Notes under the pieces: generated by a model
What the model was told of the DNA's origin: nothing
What the model saw: only the letters and a program-made list of their open reading frames with translations
The model's database searches: none
Program-made: the position numbers and the translations under genes
Part shown: in pieces, positions 29,546 through 39,712 of the stretch
How positions within the stretch are numbered: the stretch's first letter is position 1
How the letters are laid out: each line of letters starts with the position of its first letter
Source: Rhizobiaceae bacterium
Lineage (GTDB): Bacteria > Pseudomonadota > Alphaproteobacteria > Rhizobiales > Rhizobiaceae
Length of the DNA stretch: 43,274 nt
NCBI GenBank assembly: GCA_051959385.1
Contig: JBQCFH010000252.1
Coordinates: 1 to 43,274 of the forward strand
Direction: 5' to 3'

Positions 29546-30010
29546 ATGCTGGCGTCGCTCATCCGCTTGCTGGCGAGCGGAGAATTGGCCGACGTCTTCG
29601 GCAGGATCCGGCGCGCCGTCGTCATCTATATGCTGGCGGCTGCCGCGGTGGCGTGCGGCCTCGGTTTCCTGCTGGCGGCCGGCTTCATGGCGGCTGAAAG
29701 TCGTTTCGGCCCGATCGCCGCCGCAATCGGGTTCGGCATCGGCTTCCTGATCCTGGCGCTGCTGGTGGTTGGCATCCACGCCGCCGTCGAGGCCAGCGCA
29801 AGAGCACGACGGCGGCGGAAGGCCCGCGCGACCGAGCTGTCGGGCGTGCTGGGCGCAGCCGCTCTCGCCGCCTTGCCGTCGCTTCTCCGCTCGCGGCTCG
29901 GGCTCTTCGAACTGCTGGCGCCTTTCGCCGCCATAGCCGCCTACGAGATCTATAAGGAGAACCGAAAACGCGGACCGCGTCATCCGGAGAGCATGGACCC
30001 GGACAGCTGA
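29546..30010 (+). CDS. Membrane protein (YqjE/holin-like partner of DUF883)
   Basis: Two to three TM helices, basic loop; directly follows the DUF883 gene. Confidence 0.7.
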   Translation: MLASLIRLLASGELADVFGRIRRAVVIYMLAAAAVACGLGFLLAAGFMAAESRFGPIAAAIGFGIGFLILALLVVGIHAAVEASARARRRRKARATELSGVLGAAALAALPSLLRSRLGLFELLAPFAAIAAYEIYKENRKRGPRHPESMDPDS

Positions 30011-30024
30011 TCTGAGCGAGCGAT

Positions 30025-30049
30025 GGAACCATCTCCCTGCCGGCACATT
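30025..30049 (+). promoter_or_regulatory. sigma-EcfG promoter
   Basis: GGAAC-N16-CATT. Confidence 0.7.
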
Positions 30050-30091
30050 GCCCGGAGAGGCGGGTATCGGTTTCCATCCAGGGAGGATGGC

Positions 30092-30262
30092 GTGGAAAAG
30101 AAAGTCGACGCTGAGAAGGCCAAGCAGGGCCGGTGGGGCATGCAAGTGCTGCTGATACTGATCTGCGGGCTGATATTGGCCGGCATCGTCTGGTTCGGCG
30201 TGGAGATCTACGGCGAGCACCTCGCGAAAGAGCCGGCAGCCGTCCACATGAACAACGGCTAG
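30092..30262 (+). CDS. Small single-TM protein (56 aa)
   Basis: GTG after GGGAGG; MEKKVDAEKAKQGRWGMQVLLILICGLILAGIVWFGVEIYG. Confidence 0.75.
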   Translation: MEKKVDAEKAKQGRWGMQVLLILICGLILAGIVWFGVEIYGEHLAKEPAAVHMNNG

Positions 30263-30282
30263 GGATCGGGTTTGCCTTCGCT

Positions 30283-31179
30283 TTAGCGGGCCGGCGCCAG
30301 CACCTTGAGCGCGCCTGGATGGATGCGCAGTTCCGTCTCCTTGGCGAGCGGAAGCAGTTCCCCGTCGATGACGCAGCGCTGATGCCGCCGGCTTTCGATC
30401 TTCAGCAATACGGTCTCGGTTTCATGGATTTCGACCTGTTCGCTGGCGCGCCAGCGGCCGAGAGCCGCCGTCAGGCAGAGCAGCAGAAGATGGCGGCGAT
30501 GCCGCGCGCTGGTGATATAGACGCCCAGAACACCGCCGTCCGGCCTGTCCGCATAAGGCAGGTGCCCCTCCCCATAAAGATTGTTCGAGACGGAAATTCC
30601 CGCGGTCGTCGCGACCACTTCCGTGTGCGGCATTTTCAGCGTCACCTTGAGCCGCGTCGGGTTGCGGATCGTATCGAGCGCGGCGCGCAGCGAGGCCCGG
30701 ATCTTTCCCAGTCTCGACGAGAACGCCATGCGCGAGCGCATCTCGACGATGCGGGGGTGCATGCCGACGGAAAACTGGTGGACGAAGGGCCTGCCGTTCG
30801 CCGTGGCGATATCGACCCGGCGGATTTGCCCCGTCGCAAACGCCTCCACCGCCGCATCGAGCGAAAGCGGGATGCCGAGCGATCTCGCAAACAGGTTCAT
30901 CGTGCCGGCCGGCAGGGGCGCCAGCGCCATCTTGCTGTCGAGAACGCTCGCCGCGGCGGCCGAGATGGTGCCGTCGCCGCCGCCGGCCATGAGGATGTCG
31001 GCGGAGCCGTCCCGCGCCGCATCCTTGAGGGCGGCAACCACATCCTTGCCGGCGACGAGCCGCAGGGTGGCGCTATGCCCGGCGTCCTGCAATGCGCGGC
31101 ACGCACGTTCTCCGAACGCTCTCGCGTCCATCGACCGGAGCGTGCCGCCATCCTTGTTGAGGACCACCAGAAACTTCAT
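30283..31179 (-). CDS. Diacylglycerol/lipid kinase family (YegS-like)
   Basis: AGGGDGT, LPAGTMNLFARSLG, IDGE. Confidence 0.92.
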   Translation of the reverse strand: MKFLVVLNKDGGTLRSMDARAFGERACRALQDAGHSATLRLVAGKDVVAALKDAARDGSADILMAGGGDGTISAAAASVLDSKMALAPLPAGTMNLFARSLGIPLSLDAAVEAFATGQIRRVDIATANGRPFVHQFSVGMHPRIVEMRSRMAFSSRLGKIRASLRAALDTIRNPTRLKVTLKMPHTEVVATTAGISVSNNLYGEGHLPYADRPDGGVLGVYITSARHRRHLLLLCLTAALGRWRASEQVEIHETETVLLKIESRRHQRCVIDGELLPLAKETELRIHPGALKVLAPAR

Positions 31180-31250
31180 TCGCTTCCTCGGAACCCGCGC
31201 TCACGGGCAACAGCGTAGGGCGGTGTCGGGCGATGCGCTACCGCGATTGA

Positions 31251-31276
31251 GGAACAAGTATTGGTTGATGGACGTT
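31251..31276 (+). promoter_or_regulatory. sigma-EcfG promoter of the PRC-barrel gene
   Basis: GGAAC-N17-CGTT. Confidence 0.75.
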
Positions 31277-31368
31277 TCGCAACCGTAGAGGCCGCGCTTT
31301 GAACTTTCCTGGACAGTCCGGTCGAAGCGCGGCCCCGTACATGGAACATGCACAAGGAGAGACATATC

Positions 31369-32013
31369 ATGATCCGCACCCTGCTGACGACTACTGCTGT
31401 CGCCGGATTCTTGGTGACGGGCGCGTTCACTTCGCAGGCGCTCGCGCAAGCGAAGCAGCCGGCAACCCCCGACAGCACGACGACTACCGCGCCGAAAAAC
31501 GACACCGCCTCCAAGCAAGCCACGCCTCCCGGAATGAAAACGGCCGAGGAGGTGAAAGCGAAAGACCAGGCGCAGGATGGCGGCCACATCGCCTCGACCC
31601 TGATGGGCGCCACGGTCTACAACAGCCCCGACAAGAACGCCCAGAGCATCGGCAAGGTCGATGATCTGGTGATCAACAAGGACGGCAAGATCGCCTCCGT
31701 GGTCGTTGGAGTGGGCGGCTTCCTCGGGATCGGCTCGAAGGATGTCGCCATCGACTATTCCCAGGTGAAATGGGAACAGGGCAACGGCTCCTGGTGGATC
31801 GTGGTGGCGACGACGGCGGACCAGCTGAAGGCTCTGCCGGATTTCGATCCGAAGCCCTATCAGGCCGCGCCCGCCGCGAATGACACCACCACCACCAGCT
31901 CAACCGGCGGCATGGCGCCTTCCGCGGGCATGGGCACGTCGGGCATGAACGCCCCGTCGACCGGCGGCGGAGCCGCCACGACGCCCGACACCAGCGCCCC
32001 CAAGAAGCAGTAA
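31369..32013 (+). CDS. Secreted PRC-barrel domain protein
   Basis: Signal peptide; ASTLMGATVYN...IGKVDDL...VVGVGGFLGIGSKDVA; low-complexity tails; AAGGAG RBS. Confidence 0.9.
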   Translation: MIRTLLTTTAVAGFLVTGAFTSQALAQAKQPATPDSTTTTAPKNDTASKQATPPGMKTAEEVKAKDQAQDGGHIASTLMGATVYNSPDKNAQSIGKVDDLVINKDGKIASVVVGVGGFLGIGSKDVAIDYSQVKWEQGNGSWWIVVATTADQLKALPDFDPKPYQAAPAANDTTTTSSTGGMAPSAGMGTSGMNAPSTGGGAATTPDTSAPKKQ

Positions 32014-32078
32014 AGGCGCTGTAGCAGCAATCGGCCGCGTACGGCGGCCGAGACGGTTAAACGAGCCACGCAACTCAG

Positions 32079-32102
32079 GAGGGCCCGCTACGGCGGGCCT
32101 TC
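32079..32102 (+). terminator. Terminator-like hairpin
   Basis: gagggcccgc-tacg-gcgggccttc downstream of the PRC-barrel stop. Confidence 0.6.
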
Positions 32103-32260
32103 GGTTGCGCCCCGCGTCTCGTCCTATCCATATGTGACAGCACATTGATATGTGTGCCGCTCCCCTTTGCGTATGCGGGCCGTACCGTCGCCGGCCTGTC
32201 GCGCACGTCGGACGGCAAGATCCAGAACTTCAGGCTGCGCCAACTGGCGGCGGACCCGTT

Positions 32261-32749
32261 TTATAGCGCGCTCAGGCTGACCTTGAGCCGGTCGAGGAGC
32301 CGGTAAAGGATAACCCGATCCTCGAGATCGAAATCCACGAGCGCAGCCGCATAGAAATCCTCGATCGCGGGCTGCATTCGAACCCAAAGGGCGCGACCCT
32401 CAGTGGTGAGGCGGATCCGGCGGATGCGGCCGTCTCCCACGTCCCTGATGCGCTCGATCCATTTGCGGTGCTCGAGCCGGTCGAGCACCGGAGTGAGGTT
32501 CTGGCGCGTAACGAGCAGGAATTCGATCAATTCCTTCACGGTCATGCCGGATCTGGCGGCAGGGCGTGCCAGGGCGCCGAGAACGGCCCATTGCTGGGTC
32601 GTCGCGCCGAACTCCGACATGAACCGCGTGCCGATCTTATGCATCAGGTTCGAGCTCTGATAGAGCCGGAAGAACACCCGGTTGGCGACATCCAGCCCGG
32701 CCGGGCTGGTCTTTTCGGCTGCCATCGGTTGTGTCGTGAATTGCGCCAT
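32261..32749 (-). CDS. badR: MarR-family regulator, BadR-like
   Basis: ANRVFFRLYQSSNLMHK.GTR, TTQQWAVLGAL, DGRIRRIRLT; divergent from badI. Confidence 0.75.
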   Translation of the reverse strand: MAQFTTQPMAAEKTSPAGLDVANRVFFRLYQSSNLMHKIGTRFMSEFGATTQQWAVLGALARPAARSGMTVKELIEFLLVTRQNLTPVLDRLEHRKWIERIRDVGDGRIRRIRLTTEGRALWVRMQPAIEDFYAAALVDFDLEDRVILYRLLDRLKVSLSAL

Positions 32750-32831
32750 CAAGACCCGTCCGAAGAAGATGCATCAATGCATTGCCATTCTGCCGCTTAT
32801 ACCCTGGCGTTCTGCATCGGACCAGGCAAAA

Positions 32832-33030
32832 ATGAGGCTGTCGTGGGCGCGTTGTAAGCCACCACCTGATGATTGCGGCAACGTGCGCTGCGACTCGGCG
32901 ACAGCCCCATTTTCGCGAGCCTGAACGGTCGGGTGGCTGTTCTCGACCGCGATCCCGAGGCCGTGCAGGTGAACGCTGCCGGCGGACGGCCAAGACACTT
33001 GCCTGCGACGTCGCCGAGCGCGACCTTGTC
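32832..33030 (+). pseudogene. Decayed N-terminal fragment of an SDR dehydrogenase (badH-like)
   Basis: Pieces in shifting frames: IAATC (32872), GRVAVLDRDPEA..VNAAGG, then AKTLACDVAERDLV; resembles an SDR Rossmann N-terminus; lies where badH sits upstream of badI. Confidence 0.65.
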
Positions 33031-33080
33031 ATGCCCGGCTGAGCGCCCGAACCTGCCCGCGGCATTGCAAGGAGACCGAC

Positions 33081-33881
33081 ATGAACGAATACGAGGACAT
33101 CCTCTACGAGGAACGGCCGGACGGCGTGGCCAGGATCACCATCAACCGGCCCGAGCGCTACAATGCCTTTCGCGCCCAGACCGTCGAGGAACTGATCGAC
33201 GCGTTCCAGCGTGCCGGCTGGAACCGCGATATCAGCGTTATCGTGCTGACCGGAGCGGGGGACAAGGCCTTTTGCACCGGCGGCGACCAGAGCGCTCATG
33301 AGGGACAATATGACGGGCGCGGCACCATCGGCCTCCCGATCGAGGAACTGCAAGGGCTGATCCGCGACGTACCGAAGCCGGTCATAGCGCGCGTCAACGG
33401 TTTCGCCATCGGCGGCGGCCATGTGCTCAACACGGTCTGCGACCTCACCATCGCATCGGACAGGGCTGAGTTCGGTCAGGCCGGGCCGAGGGTCGGCTCC
33501 GTCGATCCGGGCTTCAGCACCGCTTATCTTGCGCGGCTCGTCGGCGAGAAGAAGGCGCGCGAGATCTGGTATCTGTGCCGTCGCTACACCGCCGCCGAGG
33601 CAGTCGCGATGGGTCTTGCCAATGTCGCCGTTCCGCACGAGGAACTCGACGCGGAGGTCGACCGCTGGTGCGCCGAAATCCTGGCCAAGAGTCCGACGGC
33701 GATCGCGCTCGCCAAACGATCTTTCAACGCCGACACCGAAAGCATCCGCGGCATATCGAGCATGGGGATGCACGCGGTCAGCCTCTATTATGACACGGAG
33801 GAATCGAAGGAGGGCGCCCGGGCTTTCCGCGAGAAGCGGCCGCCCGATTTTCGCAGATACGCGCGCCGCAAATCCGAGTGA
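33081..33881 (+). CDS. badI: 2-ketocyclohexanecarboxyl-CoA hydrolase (MenB-like crotonase)
   Basis: [63 protein letters not shown]. Confidence 0.85.
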   Translation: MNEYEDILYEERPDGVARITINRPERYNAFRAQTVEELIDAFQRAGWNRDISVIVLTGAGDKAFCTGGDQSAHEGQYDGRGTIGLPIEELQGLIRDVPKPVIARVNGFAIGGGHVLNTVCDLTIASDRAEFGQAGPRVGSVDPGFSTAYLARLVGEKKAREIWYLCRRYTAAEAVAMGLANVAVPHEELDAEVDRWCAEILAKSPTAIALAKRSFNADTESIRGISSMGMHAVSLYYDTEESKEGARAFREKRPPDFRRYARRKSE

Positions 33882-34000
33882 GGGCACGCCACCTTGTTTC
33901 GAGCCCGGTTGCGCTGCCGCCGTGGACCAAGCCGCGTGCCGCGGACTTGCCCCGCTTTCGCGCAATGGCTACATGTCGCGCTGTCACGGGGAGAGCCGGC

Positions 34001-34291
34001 ATGCTCGCACTTATCCAAACGATCGTTTTGGCGCTCGACATCTACTGGTGGATCATCATCGGCGCGGCCATATTTTCCTGGCTCTATGCGTTCAACGTCG
34101 TCAATCCGCGCAACGAGTTCGTCGGAATGATCGGCAACATGCTCTTCCGCCTGACCGATCCGGTGCTGCGGCCGATCCGGCGCTATCTGCCGGACCTGGG
34201 CGGCATCGACATCTCGCCGATCATCCTGCTCCTCGTCATCTTTTTCATCCGCCAGTTTCTGCTGACGACCGTTGCGCCCATGATCCTCTGA
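34001..34291 (+). CDS. yggT: YggT family membrane protein
   Basis: [36 protein letters not shown]. Confidence 0.93.
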   Translation: MLALIQTIVLALDIYWWIIIGAAIFSWLYAFNVVNPRNEFVGMIGNMLFRLTDPVLRPIRRYLPDLGGIDISPIILLLVIFFIRQFLLTTVAPMIL

Positions 34292-34299
34292 GGCGCGCC

Positions 34300-35340
34300 A
34301 TGGCGCAGAAGAAGGCCTTCGAGGTCGACAAATGGCTCGCTCGGCCGGATCCTGCATTCCGGCTGGTTCTGGTCTACGGCCCCGATCGCGGCCTCGTCTC
34401 GGAGCGGGCCCGCGCATTCGCGGCCGGGACGGGCCTGCCGCTCGACGACCCCTTCGCCGTGGTGCGGCTCGAGGCGAACGAGCTCGACCAGCAGCCTGGC
34501 CGGCTCGAGGACGAGGCGCGCACCGTGCCCATGTTCGCGGCGAACCGGCTCATCTGGGTCGCCAATGCCGGAGCCCAGAAGAATCTGGCGGCCGACGCCA
34601 AGCGGCTCGCCGACAACCCGCCGGCCGATGCGATCATCCTGATCGAAGCGGGCGAACTCAAGAAGAACGCCGCCCTTCGCACCGCGGTCGAAAGCGCGTC
34701 GGCAGGCATGGCGCTGCCCTGCTACGCCGATGACGCCAAGGCCATCGACCTTCTCATCGACGAGGAGATGTCCAGGGCGGGCATGACGATCGGCTTGGAG
34801 GCGCGGCAGCTCCTGAAGGCCAGCCTGGGCGGCGATCGGCTGGCGAGCCGCGGCGAGATCGCCAAGCTGGTTCTCTACTGCCTGGACAAGGGACGGGTCG
34901 AACTGGAGGACGTTCTCGCAAGCACGGGGGACGTCTCGGCTTCCTCGAATGACGAGGCGGTCGATGCCGTTCTGCTCGGGAAACCGGCCGAGCTCGACCT
35001 GGCGCTCAGCCGCCATGCCGCCGCCGGCGGTCAGCCTTTCCAGATGCTCGCCTCGGCGATGCGCCAGTTCCAGAGCCTGCAGGCCATGCGGGAAGCCATG
35101 GAAGGAAAGGGCCAATCGGCTGCCGCCGCCCTCGCATCGGCGCGGCCGCCGGTCTTCTTCGCTCGCAAGAAGGCTGTCGAGGCGGCGCTGGAGCGCTTTG
35201 ACGGTAAGGCCGTGGCCGGAGCGCTCGATCGACTGCGCGACGCGGTTCTGCGGACCCGCCGGCGCCCCGATCTGGCCAAGGCGGTCGTCGAGAGGACGCT
35301 GCTCGCGCTGACGCTGGAAGGAAGGCGATCCCGCCGCTAG
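34300..35340 (+). CDS. holA: DNA polymerase III delta subunit
   Basis: VLVYGPDRGLVSER, MF, AGELKK..LR, CYAD, LGGDRLASRGEIAKL. Confidence 0.93.
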   Translation: MAQKKAFEVDKWLARPDPAFRLVLVYGPDRGLVSERARAFAAGTGLPLDDPFAVVRLEANELDQQPGRLEDEARTVPMFAANRLIWVANAGAQKNLAADAKRLADNPPADAIILIEAGELKKNAALRTAVESASAGMALPCYADDAKAIDLLIDEEMSRAGMTIGLEARQLLKASLGGDRLASRGEIAKLVLYCLDKGRVELEDVLASTGDVSASSNDEAVDAVLLGKPAELDLALSRHAAAGGQPFQMLASAMRQFQSLQAMREAMEGKGQSAAAALASARPPVFFARKKAVEAALERFDGKAVAGALDRLRDAVLRTRRRPDLAKAVVERTLLALTLEGRRSRR

Positions 35341-35389
35341 AGCTCACGCTCAGTGCGAAAATGCCAAGCGATTTGCCGGCTAATGGTCA

Positions 35390-36262
35390 TCAGCCTTTAA
35401 GCCGGCGGCAGAGATCGTCGAGCTGTTCGAGCGTCCGATAACCGATCCGGACCTCGCCGCCCTTCTGCCGGTGGCGGATTTCCACGTTGAGGCCGATCAC
35501 GTCGGCAAGGAGCTTTTCCAGCGCGGCCGTGTCCGGGTCCTTTTCGGGCCGGCTAGCCGCGGCCTTCGCGGCGGGGCTGCGCTCCGGTTCCTGCGCCAAC
35601 GCCTCCGCCTGGCGCACGGACAGGCCACCCTCGACGATCCGGCGCGCCAGCGCCGCGGGGTCCTCCGCGGTGACCAGGGTCCGTGCGTGTCCGGCGGACA
35701 GCACGCCCTCGACGAGCATCCCGCGCACGTCTTCCGGCAGCTTCAGCAGCCGCAGCGTGTTGGCGACATGGCTCCGGCTCTTGCCGATCACCTGGCCGAG
35801 ATCTGCCTGCGTATAGCCGTGCTCGTCGATAAGCTGCTGGAATCCCAGGGCTTCCTCGACCGGATTGAGGTCGGCGCGCTGGATGTTCTCCACGATTGCC
35901 AGTTCCAGCGCCTCGCGGTCGCCGACATTGCGGATGATTGCCGGTATCTCCGCCATCCCGGCAAGCTGTGCTGCTCTCCAGCGCCTTTCCCCGGCGATGA
36001 TTTCGTAACGCCCGTTGACCTGCGCCGGACGCACCACCACCGGCTGCACCACGCCGTGCTCGCGGATCGACTGGCAGAGGTCGGCCAGTTCCTCGTCGCT
36101 GAAGCGTCGGCGCGGATTGCGCGGATTGGGCGAGATCAGCTCTATCGGCAGGCCTCTGTCGGCCGGTACGGAGGGGGCCGCCGGCGTGGCCGGCTGATCC
36201 ATGTCGCCGATCAGCGCGGCAAGTCCGCGCCCAAGGCGTCGTCTGGAAGCATCTTCGTTCAT
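35390..36262 (-). CDS. parB: Chromosome partitioning protein ParB
   Basis: LGRGLAALI, NPRNPRRRF, IIAGERRWRAA, ENIQRADL, GKSRSHVAN; start 36262 or 36268. Confidence 0.97.
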   Translation of the reverse strand: MNEDASRRRLGRGLAALIGDMDQPATPAAPSVPADRGLPIELISPNPRNPRRRFSDEELADLCQSIREHGVVQPVVVRPAQVNGRYEIIAGERRWRAAQLAGMAEIPAIIRNVGDREALELAIVENIQRADLNPVEEALGFQQLIDEHGYTQADLGQVIGKSRSHVANTLRLLKLPEDVRGMLVEGVLSAGHARTLVTAEDPAALARRIVEGGLSVRQAEALAQEPERSPAAKAAASRPEKDPDTAALEKLLADVIGLNVEIRHRQKGGEVRIGYRTLEQLDDLCRRLKG

Positions 36263-36285
36263 CTTCATGCCCCTGGCGGAATTCT

Positions 36286-37083
36286 TTATGCCGCGCGCAG
36301 CCGGCGTTCGCGACGGATCACCTCCGACGCAAGCTGGAGATAGGCCTGGCTGCCCGAGCACTTGAGATCGTAGAGGATAGCCGGCTTACCGAATGACGGC
36401 GCCTCCGACACCCGGACGTTCCTTGGGATGATCGTGTCGTACACCGTCTCGCCCATATGCGCCCGAACGTCCTCGACGACCTGGTTCGCCAGATTGTTGC
36501 GGCCGTCATACATGGTCATGACGATGCCCTGAATGGTGAGCTGCGGATTGACCGTGCGCCGCACCTGCTCGACGGTTTCGAGCAGCTGGCTCAACCCTTC
36601 CAGCGCGAAGAACTCGCATTGCAGCGGCACCAGCACCGAATGGGCCGCCGCCATCGAGTTCAGCGTCAAAAGATTGAGGGAAGGTGGACAGTCGATGAGG
36701 ACATAGGAAAAGGCGCCGGGCTCCCCGGCGTTGCGGCGAAGCGCGGACTTCAGCTTCAGCACACGGTCGGCGGAGGAGGCGATCTCCATCTCGACGCCAA
36801 GCAGATCGAGCGTGGAGGGTATGATCGACAGGCCGGGCACCACCGTTGCGACGGCCGCATCGGCCACTTCCGCGCTACCGACGATGACGTCATAGGACGA
36901 GATTTCGCGGTTCCGGCGGTCGATGCCGAGGCCGGTGCTGGCGTTCCCCTGCGGGTCCAGATCGATGATGAGGACGCGTTCGCCGATCGCGGCCAGCGCC
37001 GTTGCGAGATTGATGGCGGTCGTGGTCTTGCCGACGCCGCCCTTCTGATTGGCGACGGTGATGATTCGGGGTCCGTTAATCAT
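36286..37083 (-). CDS. parA: Chromosome partitioning ATPase ParA
   Basis: NQKGGVGKTTT, DLDPQGNAS, DCPPSL, IPRNVRVSEAPS. Confidence 0.97.
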   Translation of the reverse strand: MINGPRIITVANQKGGVGKTTTAINLATALAAIGERVLIIDLDPQGNASTGLGIDRRNREISSYDVIVGSAEVADAAVATVVPGLSIIPSTLDLLGVEMEIASSADRVLKLKSALRRNAGEPGAFSYVLIDCPPSLNLLTLNSMAAAHSVLVPLQCEFFALEGLSQLLETVEQVRRTVNPQLTIQGIVMTMYDGRNNLANQVVEDVRAHMGETVYDTIIPRNVRVSEAPSFGKPAILYDLKCSGSQAYLQLASEVIRRERRLRAA

Positions 37084-37119
37084 GGCCTCGCGCCATCGTT
37101 GCACACATCCGGCATGGCT

Positions 37120-37749
37120 TCAGCGAAGATCGAGATTGCAAATCTCGAGGATCACTCCTTCGTGATCGACCATGCTTCGGTGTTCTACCAGATCGAAATG
37201 CCAGGCGTCACGGGCTTCTTCTATTTCGGTGGCGTAATCCCGGCCTTTGTGAAAGAGGCCGCGAGCCCCCGCTTTCAGCCACGGCTCGGCGAGGCCGAGC
37301 AACTCCGAGAGCGGCGCCAGTGCCCTCGCACTTACGATTTCAGGGGCGTCCACGGCTGGATAGGCGTCCTCGATCCGGATCGCGAGCACGGTAGCGCATT
37401 CGGCAGATGCCAACGCCGTCTTCAGGAAAGCCGCCTTTTTCCGATTGCTTTCGACGAGGTGGATACGAAAAAGCGGCCGATCGCAAAGCAGGATGGCCAC
37501 GACGGCTCCTGGAAAGCCGCCCCCCGAGCCAATATCCAGCCAGCGCGTCGTTTCAGGTGCGAATCGAACGAGCTGCGCGCTATCGAGGATATGGCGGGTC
37601 CACAGCTGATCGAGTTGGGATGGCGCGGCTAGGTTGATGCGCGCCGACCACCGCAGGAACTGCCGCTCGAATTCCGATAGCCGATCTACCGTTTCACGTG
37701 AAACATCGCCGGCCACTCGCTGCAAAGCGGCGAGGCGATCCTCGCTCAA
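37120..37749 (-). CDS. rsmG: 16S rRNA m7G527 methyltransferase
   Basis: [40 protein letters not shown]. Confidence 0.95.
   Translation of the reverse strand: MSEDRLAALQRVAGDVSRETVDRLSEFERQFLRWSARINLAAPSQLDQLWTRHILDSAQLVRFAPETTRWLDIGSGGGFPGAVVAILLCDRPLFRIHLVESNRKKAAFLKTALASAECATVLAIRIEDAYPAVDAPEIVSARALAPLSELLGLAEPWLKAGARGLFHKGRDYATEIEEARDAWHFDLVEHRSMVDHEGVILEICNLDLR
37691..37704. other. parS centromere-like site inside rsmG
   Basis: GTTTCACGTGAAAC perfect palindrome; encodes VSRET of RsmG. Confidence 0.92.
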
Positions 37750-39632
37750 GCCATGGCTCCGGGCGCCTGCTCATGCATCTGCGCATGCGACAGGACGATG
37801 GCCAGCGCCGCCGGCGTCATTCCTTCGATTTTCTGCGCTTCCGCCAGCGAACTCGGCTTTCGGGCCGTCAGTTTCTGCCGGAGCTCATTCGAAAGTCCGG
37901 CCATGCCCGCGTAGTCGAGGTCGAGGGGGATGGTCCGCATTTCCTCGCGCTTCAGCAAGGCCACATCCGCCGATTGACGATCGAGATAGACCGAATAGCG
38001 CGCATCCGTCTCGAGCCGTTCGGCCGCGCGGGGGGGAACGGCGCGCAATTCCGGCCAGATTTCCTTCAACCGCTCGAAGCTGAGATCCGAGTGGCTGAGA
38101 AGGTCGAAGGCGCTGCGGCGAATGCCGTCCTGGTTGAGTTCAAGCCCCTTCTTTCGCGCCTCGCTGGGCGTAAGCGTCAGCCCGTCGAGGAGCGCGCGTG
38201 CGCGATCGAGTTCCTGCTTCCTCGCCTCGAACCGAGCCGCGCGGGCATGGGACGCGATGCCGAGTTCCATCGCCAGCGGCGTCAGCCGCTCATCCGCATT
38301 GTCCGCCCGCAGCGATAGCCGGTACTCGGCTCGCGACGTGAACATGCGATAGGGCTCGCTCACGCCGCGCGTGGTCAGATCGTCGATCATCACGCCGATG
38401 TAGCTGTCGCCGCGGCTGAACCGGACGCCTTCCTTGCCGTCGGCGCACCGTGCGGCATTGATGCCGGCGACGATCCCCTGCGCCGCTGCCTCCTCATAGC
38501 CGGTCGTACCGTTGATCTGCCCCGCCAGGAAGAGGCCACGCAGCCTTCGCGTTTCCAGCGTCGGCTCCAGTTCACGCGGATCGATATGGTCATACTCGAT
38601 TGCGTAGCCCGGCTGCAGCATGCGCACATGCTCGAGTCCCGGTATGGTCGCGAGAAGCTGGAGTTGAGCATCCTCCGGAAGCGACGTCGAGATGCCGTTC
38701 GGGTAGACCGTATCGTCATCCAGCCCTTCCGGCTCCAGGAATATCTGATGTCCGTCCCGGTCGCCGAACTTGACGATCTTGTCTTCGATCGAAGGGCAAT
38801 AGCGCGGGCCAACGCCCTCGATCGCGCCGGAATACATGGCCGAACGGTGCAGATGTTCGCGGACGACGGCATGCGTGCGCGCCGTCGTCCGCGTGATCCC
38901 GCACTCGATCTGCCGGTTCGCGATCCGGTCCGTCATCAGGGAAAACGGCACCGGGTCCGAATCGGCTTCCTGGCGGCCAACCGCCGTCCAGTCGATGGTG
39001 CGCCCGTCGAGCCGCGGCGGCGTCCCGGTCTTGAGCCGCCCTAGCCGAAACCCGGCCCGTCCCATCGCCGACGACAGGCTCGTTGCGGCTTTTTCGTGAA
39101 TGCGCCCGGCCAGTATGCGCCGCTCGCCGATGTGGATCAACCCGCGCAGAAACGTCCCGGTGGTAAGAACGAGGGCGCCGCAGGCGATTTCCGCCCCATC
39201 CGCGAGCCGGACCGACCGAACCCGGTCGTTCTCGACACGGAAATCCACGATCTCGCCGAGAACGACGTCCATCGAGGGGTGCCCCCCAATGGCCGTCTGC
39301 ATTGCCTGCCGGTAAAGCTTTCGGTCGGCCTGCGTGCGCGGTCCGCGCACCGCCGGGCCCTTGCGCCTGTTCAGAAGCCGAAACTGGATGCCCGCGGCGT
39401 CGGCGATGCGGCCCATCAGGCCATCGAGCGCATCGACCTCGCGTACCAGTTGGCCCTTTCCCAGTCCGCCGATTGCCGGGTTGCAGGACATGGCCCCGAT
39501 CGTCTCGAAGGACATGGTGACCAGAGCCGTCGCAGCGCCGGAGCGCGCGGCGGCCGACGCGGCTTCGCAGCCGGCGTGCCCGCCGCCGACGACGATGACG
39601 TCATAACGAGCTTTCGGATCGGATATCGCCAT
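37746..39632 (-). CDS. mnmG: tRNA U34 modification enzyme MnmG (GidA)
   Basis: [50 protein letters not shown]. Confidence 0.98.
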   Translation of the reverse strand: MAISDPKARYDVIVVGGGHAGCEAASAAARSGAATALVTMSFETIGAMSCNPAIGGLGKGQLVREVDALDGLMGRIADAAGIQFRLLNRRKGPAVRGPRTQADRKLYRQAMQTAIGGHPSMDVVLGEIVDFRVENDRVRSVRLADGAEIACGALVLTTGTFLRGLIHIGERRILAGRIHEKAATSLSSAMGRAGFRLGRLKTGTPPRLDGRTIDWTAVGRQEADSDPVPFSLMTDRIANRQIECGITRTTARTHAVVREHLHRSAMYSGAIEGVGPRYCPSIEDKIVKFGDRDGHQIFLEPEGLDDDTVYPNGISTSLPEDAQLQLLATIPGLEHVRMLQPGYAIEYDHIDPRELEPTLETRRLRGLFLAGQINGTTGYEEAAAQGIVAGINAARCADGKEGVRFSRGDSYIGVMIDDLTTRGVSEPYRMFTSRAEYRLSLRADNADERLTPLAMELGIASHARAARFEARKQELDRARALLDGLTLTPSEARKKGLELNQDGIRRSAFDLLSHSDLSFERLKEIWPELRAVPPRAAERLETDARYSVYLDRQSADVALLKREEMRTIPLDLDYAGMAGLSNELRQKLTARKPSSLAEAQKIEGMTPAALAIVLSHAQMHEQAPGAMA

Positions 39633-39676
39633 GCGCCGGAGCAATGTTCAAATCAGGCTACGCTGTCAAGCACGCC

Positions 39677-39690
39677 GTTTCACGTGAAAC
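39677..39690. other. parS site (mnmE-mnmG intergenic)
   Basis: GTTTCACGTGAAAC. Confidence 0.93.
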
Positions 39691-39712
39691 ACGGTCCACT
39701 CAAGGCAGCCCG

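Noticed and set aside
29546-30010. Phage holin / prophage remnant
   Set aside because: No phage genes nearby; pairing with DUF883 under an EcfG promoter fits a host stress operon.
33081-33881. menB annotation
   Set aside because: Loop sequence [20 protein letters not shown] and the BadR-like neighbour fit BadI better; no men genes nearby.
33421-35340. Apparent 639-aa extended HolA
   Set aside because: Upstream part is an alternate frame over badI and yggT; HolA-like sequence begins at ATG 34300.
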